Positions 40,006 through 48,298 of a DNA stretch of 64,000 nt are shown here, in pieces. The notes under the pieces were generated by a model that ran no database searches, was not told where the DNA came from, and saw only the letters and a program-made list of their open reading frames with translations. Location: NCBI GenBank assembly GCA_010405405.1, contig MU004238.1, forward strand, positions 1,561,530 through 1,625,529, read 5' to 3'. The stretch is from Microthyrium microscopicum. Its lineage: Eukaryota. Positions within the stretch are counted from its first letter, which is position 1. Each line of letters opens with the position of its first letter. A program made the translations under genes and the position numbers.

Positions 40006-41679
40006 TAGGCGGTCAACTTGTTATGTTGGGCGGGTGCGTTTGGCATCACTGTGGAAAATGGAGTTTTATCACGCAGCATATTTAGTCTTTATGATGGACG
40101 GTGTGGCACATTCGTTGATACGTTAATGATTTCAATGTTAATAATTTATTGATTGCTTTAAGGCGTCAAATCTACATGTCTACACAGTGACTTCACAAAA
40201 TATCAACCGTTGCATTTTCGGAAATTTGGTCGCTGTCAGCAAATATGACGGAACAATGACGGAGATGACACCAAACTACAGATGATTGTTGTGCTGGCCC
40301 AAATCGAACCTCTCGCTGCGAAAATACGGTAGCATGCAATGAATAGTTCGACCTGAGTACCGTAGGCAGTCAAAAAGATGCACATTCGCGGTGATCCTGC
40401 TTGGGAGCCTTTCACTGCTGATGCATACGGACGAACCAGGTTTTCTATGGCATTTGCAGACTTTTTTTGGACCTGAGGATCCAGAGCAATGTTTTTAACT
40501 GGCGCAAGTTTAACTAGGTCTGAGCATTATTTTGCATCTTCGCGGCCGCCCAGGTTAGTGAGGGACAGGTTCGTTGGTGATTCAGTGAGCGGGTGGTCGG
40601 CTATTTCTGGTTTGGTCCCATACAAAGCAATTTGATATTGATGGAAGATGCATTTTCTGCAAATCCAACACAATTTACTGTTTTCAAGGATAAATTATAG
40701 GTATAGAATGATTGGATTATGCGTGCACAATAATTCTTTTTCGAAATAGAGTTTTCATTGTAACATAATCGTCCAGTGACTGATTGCTGCAGCTCCATCA
40801 AACCCCCCAATTCCGTATCGACGATAGGAGCCATAAGTTTGGTTGAGCTAAGCCTGTTCCTTGTGCGAGAGAGGAGCCGCTTTGTTGGTACTGTGATACA
40901 CGCGAGCCCGTCTTTCAGCATGATAACCGGTACACATCTTGAAAGCCTGAAATCAGTACCAGATTCCAACATCCTGAGCGGCCACACAATGCTGCCATAT
41001 GTAACAACCATATCCGATGCGCCTCATCCCTCTGTAATGTTTCATCATCAAGCAACTTACCTGCTGTATAATAGCAGTTGTTACTCAAGCCATGTTGCCC
41101 AGTGAGAGAGAATTATTTGATGAAGGCTGGGTACTGGAAGTTTTGTGCGGTACGCTATCAATTTTTCTTCGTCTACCTACCATGGATCCCCATCTCGTTC
41201 CCTTCGCAGCAAAACTTGGTACTCTCTGATGGATGAGTTTACTGATACCTTCTTGAACTGGTTTAGCGCAACTCTCGTCCAATATCTTGACACTGATGGC
41301 AGCGTTGGCGACGATACATGCCTTCTTCAAGCAGTTTAGCGCGGACTTTTTCTCAACATCAACACCGCAAACTCTGGTACGTGCCGTGCTCGACGATTGC
41401 TGATGCGCCGCCCTCTCGTACACACCTGTTCAGGCTTAGCGCGAAAGTTGGCCATCGCATCACTTGTCCCCCCTTCGGGGTACTTAAGGCCTCCTTCTCT
41501 CCGTTTCTTCTGTCTTTCTTTCTTTCTTCTCCATCCCTTCGGGGAAGCACCACTCACCACTATGTCTTCTTGACTCTGACATTTCCTTCTCCTTTGGCTG
41601 TCATGCCTTTTGGACTTGTCTTTCTTCTTTCTTTTTTTCTTTTTTTCCTCTTCAACATTCTTTCAACAACAACCTTCTC

Positions 41680-41940
41680 TTGACATGACTGTCGCTCCTT
41701 GACATCTCCACTGGTCTTTCACCATCACTGTCGCTCCTCACAATCACTGTCGGTCTTCAGCATCACCGTCGCTCCTCACCATCACTGTCAGTTTTGACAT
41801 CTCCACTGGTCTTTCACCATCACTGTCGCTCCTCACAATCACTGTCGCTCCTCACCATCACTGTCGGTCTTCATCATCACTGTCGCTCCTCACCATCACT
41901 GTCGGTCTTCATCATCACTGTCGCTCTCGACCATCAGCGT
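41680..41940 (+). repeat. 19-bp minisatellite (core ATCACTGTCG(C/G)TC), about 11 copies, with a ~95-bp higher-order duplication
   Basis: ATCACTGTCG recurs at 19-bp spacing (e.g. 41819, 41838, 41857, 41876, 41895, 41914); TTGACATCTCCACTGGTCTTTCACC occurs at about 41699 and 41794. Confidence 0.9.
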
Positions 41941-41969
41941 TCCTGTTCGCCATGGCATGTCTTCACTCT

Positions 41970-43817
41970 TGCCTGGGCCCTGACCGCACTCGAGGTTGGG
42001 GCCATAGGCGCTCTCGGCCCTTCGCTTGGGGTTGGCCAACTTCACTACCAACCCCGTGCGCCTTTCACGACACACTCTTGGGGCTGCCTGACGACCAATT
42101 TCCAGGTCGGCCCCACACGCCTCCGAGGACACCGTTCGCCTGGGGTTGGCCAACTTCACTGCCAACCTCGTGCGCTTTCACGACACACTCTTGGGGCTGC
42201 CTGATGACCAATTTCCAGGTCGGCCCCACACGCCTCCGAGGATACCGTTCGCCTGGGGTTGGCCAACTTCACTGCCAACCTCGTGCGCTTTCACGACACA
42301 CTCTTGGGGCTGCCTGATGACCAATTTCCAGGTCGGCCCCACACGCCTCCGAGGATACCGTTCGCCTGGGGTTGGCCAACTTCACTGCCAACCTCGTGCG
42401 CTTTCACGACACACTCTTGGGGCTGCCTGATGACCAATTTCCAGGTCGGCCCCACACGCTTCCGAGGATACCGTTCGCCTGGGGTTGGCCAACTTCACTG
42501 CCAACCTCGTGCGCTTTCACGACACACTCTCGGGGCTGCCTGATGACCAATTTCCAGGTCGGCCCCACACGCTTCCGAGGATACCGTCGCCTGGGGATTG
42601 GCCCACCTCACTGCCAATCCTCCAAGCTTTTCACGACACAACTTTCGGGGTTGCTTGATGACCAATTTCCAGGTGGCCCCACACGCTTCCGAGGCTTTCC
42701 TTTCGCTTGGGGATTGGCCCACTTCACTACCAATCCCCCAAGCCTTTCACGACAAACATCACCGGCTTGCGCCACGATCGCACTCGAGATCGTGGCGCCA
42801 AGCTATCCAACGACATGCTCACCGGCTTGCGCTTCGATCGCACTCGAGATCGGAGCGCCAAGCTCTTTCGGCCTTCGTCTGGGGCATCATCATCACCACA
42901 AAGATGGTGCCCACAGGCATTCCATCGACAAACATCACTGGCTTGCGCTTCGATCGCACTCGAGATCGGAGCGCCAGGCTCTTTCGGCCTTCGTCTGGGG
43001 CATCATCACCACTACAAAGATGGTGCCTGCAGGCATTCCATCGACAAACCTCACCGGCTTGCGCCACGATCGCACTCGAGATCGTGGCGACAGGCCATGC
43101 GACGACAAACATCATGAGCCAATCCGATGACCAATATTCGGATTGGCTCCCACGCTTTTTCGGCCATCGCATTGCAGTCTGGCACCACCAAAAAGCCGGA
43201 CTGCCATGCTATTCACAGACACCATCAACGCTTGCGCACTGATCGCACTCGAGCTCGGTGCGCCAAGCTTTCTCGGCCATTCGCTTGGAGAGTGGCATTA
43301 CCACCAAGCCGCTCTCCCAAGCTTTCATCGACGACAATCGCATCGGCTTCGACCGCACTCGAGGTTGGAGCCGCATGCGCTCTCGGCCATCCGCTTGGAG
43401 AGCGGCATTACCACCAAGCCGCTCTCCCAAGCTTTCATCAACAACATTCGCATGGGCTTCGACCGCACTCGAGGTTGGAGCCGCATGCGCTCTCGGCCAT
43501 CGCCTGGGCTTGATCACCACCACAAAGATTGAGCCCACAGGCGTCCCAACGACAACCATCACCGGCTTACGCCACGACCGCACTCGAGGTCGTGGCGATA
43601 GGCCATCCGAAGACAACCATCACCGGCTTGCGTCACGACCGCACTCGAGGTCGTGATGCCAGGCCATCGACGACATCATCAACGCATGGGCTTCAACCGC
43701 ACTCGAGGTTGGAGCCTACATGCGCTTTCGGCATCAACACCACCCACCACCACCACCACCAACCAAACAAAGCCAATGCTTGGGCTCTGGTCATACTCCA
43801 AGACCGGAGCCACAAGC
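41970..43817 (+). ncRNA. Putative structured non-coding RNA: array of about 30 covarying stem-loops with conserved loop classes
   Basis: Eleven hairpins with loop GCACTCGA, about 13 with CACCAC/CACT-rich loops and about 7 with (T/C)GACCAAT loops. Stems vary but keep pairing, with many G-T(U) pairs on the + strand. No coherent reading frame. Transcription is not shown by the sequence. Confidence 0.6.
42025..42745 (+). repeat. Tandem 113-bp repeat, about 6.3 copies (recently amplified two-hairpin unit)
   Basis: GTTGGCCAACTTCACT at 42031, 42145, 42258, 42371, 42484 (period 113-114), with more diverged copies at about 42596 and 42712. Confidence 0.95.
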
Positions 43818-44520
43818 CTCTCAAACAACCGGCGCTTGATGGGAGCGTGCCATTTATTTTGTCGATTCGTTGTCAGCAGCTTCGATTTCTTCGTCGCAGA
43901 CAAAACACGGAGTCCAGGGACAGCTCAATCGAGCCTCAAAGTCTCATGGCCAGCTCCGAGCATCAAGTGTGCAGATACCCAGATACCCCGGTGTCTCACG
44001 GAGTCAGTGACTTGTCACTGGCTCCGGGAGGCTCGTGCTCGCCAGTCTGTCAGCTTTCTGAGACGTCAGTTTGAAAACAGTTGGCGAGAGGATCCCTGCC
44101 GTACCAGCCTGTCACCATTTCAGTCTCCAGTGGATACCTCTGAAGACAGCCGGCGGGAGGCCTCGCAGGCCAACCCCCATTTCTGCCTTTTGTACACAGG
44201 TTCGTCCGAGCTTAAGGAGACTTGGGGGCGCTTGCAGCGAGGTTGGTGGACATTTCAGAGTTCAGACTTTCGTAAGCCTGCCGTTTCTCTGCATTTGGCT
44301 GATCACCAAATCAAAGCAGACCGAGGCAGGCTTGATTCTTCTTGGGCATTTCAGAGCCCCGTTTGCATTAGGTACGTATACGGTCGGTCGGGCATTTCAG
44401 AGCCCACTTCGCATACGCATACGCATACGTGGTAAGAATGATGTGGAAGAAGTCGAGGCGGTCGTGATGGCCCGGTCCACTGGGGCGTGGAGTCGGGTCA
44501 AGTCTTTGCGCATTTCGGAT

Positions 44521-44566
44521 TTTTCTGGACTTCTGGTTTCTGGTTTCTGGTTTCTGGTTTCTGGAC
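44521..44566 (+). repeat. (TTTCTGG)n heptamer microsatellite, about 6 copies
   Basis: TTTTCTGGACTTCTGGTTTCTGGTTTCTGGTTTCTGGTTTCTGGAC; a (GCATAC)3 run lies nearby at about 44411. Confidence 0.85.
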
Positions 44567-46042
44567 TGTAGACTCTCTGAATTGTAGAATGTAGATTCTG
44601 GCCTGTAGACTCTGGGATCTGGATTGCTCGGAACACAGTTCCTGACTTTCAAGCGTCTTGAGCATAAATCATTTTTTTAACAAGGGAATTTTTCCCGCAC
44701 CTTTATCTTTTACATTGTCTTCTCCACTTGTGGGGATTGCGAGGTAGATGATCAAGGTTCATGGTGAAGTGAATGGTAAGCAGCGATTCAAAAGCTTGGT
44801 CGACTTTCCGCGTCTTGGTTTTCTCTCGCAATCAGGAATGTTGTCCAGGAATGTGTCGTACTATGTGACGCTGTGGATGTGACGCTTCATCTTGAGTCCT
44901 TGACACTGCTTTGCTCCGAGCAAATTGCTCTCGAATAGGTGTAGAATGCTCTTCTCATCACATCCCGAGACCAGGAAGAATCCTTTCATGAAACGTATGC
45001 GGTAAAGTTTGTTGCAACATCATCTCCCCACATAGAAAGCTGAAAAGGGGTACAGGCAATTGAAGCACAGACATGAAGTTACGATGGAGCATTGCAGGGT
45101 TGGCCACTTCAGCAAAACCCCAAATTCCCAAGTCGCTCATCTTTAAGACGCTTGATTATGCTCCCGTTCGAGGCCTTTTCATATTCTGAAGAAGCCAAAC
45201 GGTAAATCTGATTTTTCTGGATTTTTGGAAAGTCTCCAAAAATAATTTCAAAGCGTGTAAATGTGGTAAATGAGACTCGATTATTCAATATCTTTTGCTT
45301 TTTGCTGTTGTGGAGTTGACAAGGAAGCCCCCTAAATTACTGGAGACTACTCCGTGCCCCTAAGTTAGTCACCCAAGAGCCCCCATAATTTAGCGACTCC
45401 AAAATGTCGACAAATAAGTATCTATTAGATTCTAAAGCTCAACGTCAACAACCACATTTAAGTGTCACTTTATAGCTTCATAATATCAAGCATAGCGCCA
45501 ATGTCGTTTTATTCATTGAAAAAGTTGGCTCGTTATGGTGTAATAAATGCTTTCAAAAAATGTGTTTCTTGCACTTTTTGATTTCGCCTTCAGACTTCAG
45601 CCTTGTCGTCAGCCTTGTTGATGGAGAGCAGATAGCTCAGGGTTTGATGTATGATCCAGCTGCTGTGCTGTGAGCCCAAAATCTAATGGGCACCTTGATC
45701 ACGTAAGAAATGGTGTTGTTCACTTCCTCGGCATGGTTCAAGCTCTTTTGTTCGTTAACCGTTCGAAGTGGGTGAGTGAATGCCGTTGTGTAATATGAAA
45801 GTATATCCCCACTCCCCATTCCAAGAAGAGCCATAACCTTGCACATATCCACATTCAACATGACAATTTCGAGAACAACGAATGCAAGACATAAAAGTAA
45901 GAATCGTATTCGCTGTCAGCTAACCCGATCATATCATCATAGCCTCGCGGCTCATGTATCTAAGAAGGTATATAGAACTATATCAGCAAAAGCATATAAA
46001 CCCATAAATCAAAGCCCAGGTCTAAAACTCCATATCCCATCA

Positions 46043-47240
46043 TTACACAGTGTCTCCATTTCCTCGTCTAAACCGGCTAAATAGTCCCTTCTTCGCCTTT
46101 TTCACATGGACAGGTGGTGTCGGGTTTGCAGCAGCTTGCGCATTCAACTTCGCCATCTCATTATAGTCGAATGGTTGGTTCCAGCGATGCATTGGAATTT
46201 CGCCCAGCTTCGTACTATCTGACGCAAACGTGTATAAAGACGGCGTCATCTTGTCCATTCTGCGTCGTCTTATCTCTTCGAGTGGATCGCGGCCTCCTGA
46301 CAGTGTATGTTTGTGGGACGCCTTCTGTGCTGGCGATTTAGTCTCACGACCATGGCTTGTTGTGGGCCGGTGATGCGAGTACTGGGGAGGTGAAGGTGGT
46401 GGTGTTGGGAGCGCAGATGATTGGCCATATGCGAGATTTGGTACGCTTTTGTTACTGGGTAGTTCGTAGAGCGGTGTCAGTGGTGGAGAAGCTGCTGGTG
46501 TTGGTGGAGCGGCTTGATATCTTGGAGCAGTGGAGCGAGAGGATTGCGATGTTTGTGAATTCAGTGATTGTGAGGATTGGAGGCGAGAACTCGATGGTGT
46601 CTTTTTGCGTACATGTGGTCTTATGATTGCTAGTTGAGGAGCAGATGCATTTGCGCTTTCGACGCGGCGGATTATGGAAATCTTGCTGTCTAGGCGAGTA
46701 TCTCGCTTCTTATCCGTCTTCTTTTTGGCAGCCTTGTCTAATTTTGTGGATGGTTTCAGGAGGTTGAGACTTGAGCGGGAGAGTCGGTATGATAGCTGGC
46801 TGAGAGCATCGATGGCTTCCATCCTAGATGTCTCTGAGAGACTTGTCAATCTCCCATAATCCAGATCACCACCCTTCTTGCCACCACTTAGGAAAGTCGA
46901 AATGATTGAAACGAGGCCGTTGTTCAATTTCAGTAACACGGCTGTTAAGGAAGCGTGTACTTTCGCTTTCATACAATTAGTTTTCAGTCATTCTATGATC
47001 CAGAAAAAGCTTACTATCGCCCTCCCTAAACCTCTCTCCTTGCAATGCGTAATTCTTCGAGTACTCCGCATGTATATCCAATGGCCCCTTCTTCAAACTC
47101 GAGCTCAACCTCGTCTCGTCCAACGCCGCCTTCTCCTCCTTCTTGCGCTTTCTCCTCTTCTTCAACTTCTTGAACACATCCAACCCACTCGTAAACGACG
47201 TTATAAGCGCCAACACCGACGAATCCGTACTCTGCGCCAT
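46043..47240 (-). CDS. Hypothetical protein (basic, Ser/Pro-rich C-terminus), 2 exons
   Basis: Exon 1 MAQSTDSSVLALITSFTSGLDVFKKL..GERFREGD, intron about 46968-47014, exon 2 containing YTFASDSTKLGEIPMHRW. Confidence 0.7.
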
Positions 47241-48298
47241 AATCCTCAACGCACCGTGAAAGCAACTGCGAAAGCCAAAGATGAACGACCGAGGGGTACA
47301 AAGAGCGGGGAGAGGTAAACAGCAGCAAGTTTCACATCGCAACAATCAAAGCTTCCGCCCCTCGACCTTTAAACCATCGCGCCTCGCGCGCAGTCAGGCT
47401 GAATAAACCAGGATAAGCCTTGTGATGCAGAAGATAGCTCAAGCGCTTAGCCCCGCTGCAAAGCGAACAGAACTTACACAGGCTGCCGAACCAACCGGAT
47501 CGCCAACCTGCGTCGCTGCAGCACCTGGTCATGGCTAGATGCATAGTGCTTTGGCCCATTTAATGCCCTGCTTTGGCGGGCCGTTGTGAGTGGGCAATGG
47601 TTCAAGCTTTGGCAATGGTGTGACTCCACACTGTGCTTTGGACCTGTTCCTGGACGCATGTGTGATAAAGGGGGACTGTTTTTAGGACAGGTAGGAGGAG
47701 AGTATTGATGCATGCTGGTCTTGATGTGCATAGAGGTTTTGTGGGCTTGATGAGAGGCCGTTGGCATGTGGTGAGTCTGTGTCTGCAAGGCGAAGATGCA
47801 GAGCGGGAAGAGCCTTGAATTGGCGACTGGCATAGCGTCAGACCAGGCAAAAAGGCCAATACTTCTGTAGTTTTGGCAAGTTATTGTGCTCTTGGCGGAT
47901 AATTTGAGAGTTTTTTAGTTCAATAAAAGGTGCGATATGTCTGCATGAACCGTGATTGGTGACTCAGACACGCATCTACACAATAAAATTCCAGCCTTCG
48001 AGTTTCTGATGCTGGACGTGACGATACACTAATACACCACTAAATTACTGCAACTTCGCACACTACAAGATAATATTGAAGACTTCTGTTAATATGATAC
48101 ACTGTCATGTTTCCGCGCAAGTCGACGTGAGTTCAAAATGCTCTTGATCATTGATAGTCTCAGTAATGTTATATTGCTTCATTATTCAGGCTCTGTAATG
48201 CGAACCATATGCACAAAACCCCATCTCGCGCCATGCTATGCAAAAAACTTCAATAAGTGCTAGTGGGTATCCAGAACGCCATATCATGCAAGTCTTGT

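Noticed and set aside
40240..41430. Possible decayed protein-coding gene
   Set aside because: Only short ORFs on both strands with no recognisable motif; could not assemble a convincing spliced model.
42170..42560. Repeated 49-nt intron in each 113-bp unit (GTGCGC..CTGAT..TTTCCAG)
   Set aside because: It would leave 64-nt exons that do not preserve frame, the signals are missing from the other module types, and they overlap a hairpin. Not supported without junction reads.
42190..42680. Hammerhead ribozyme or retrozyme (CTGATGA occurs in the 113-bp unit)
   Set aside because: The required GAAA after stem II and the three-way junction are absent on the same strand.
41970..43817. CRISPR array interpretation
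   Set aside because: Eukaryotic context with no cas genes. The constant parts are short loops and the variable parts are self-complementary stems, not unique spacers between identical repeats.
41794..44571. Many overlapping ORFs (up to 260 aa) in the repeat region
   Set aside because: Repeat periods of 113, 116, 110 and 19 bp are not multiples of 3, so the same peptides cycle through all frames. No domain similarity; ORFs arise from GC-rich, stop-poor sequence.
40006..46042. Telomerase RNA, rDNA spacer or autonomous transposon
   Set aside because: No TAACCCTAA-type template seen, no rRNA sequence adjacent, and no transposase, RT or integrase motifs or clear TIR/LTR pair found by eye.
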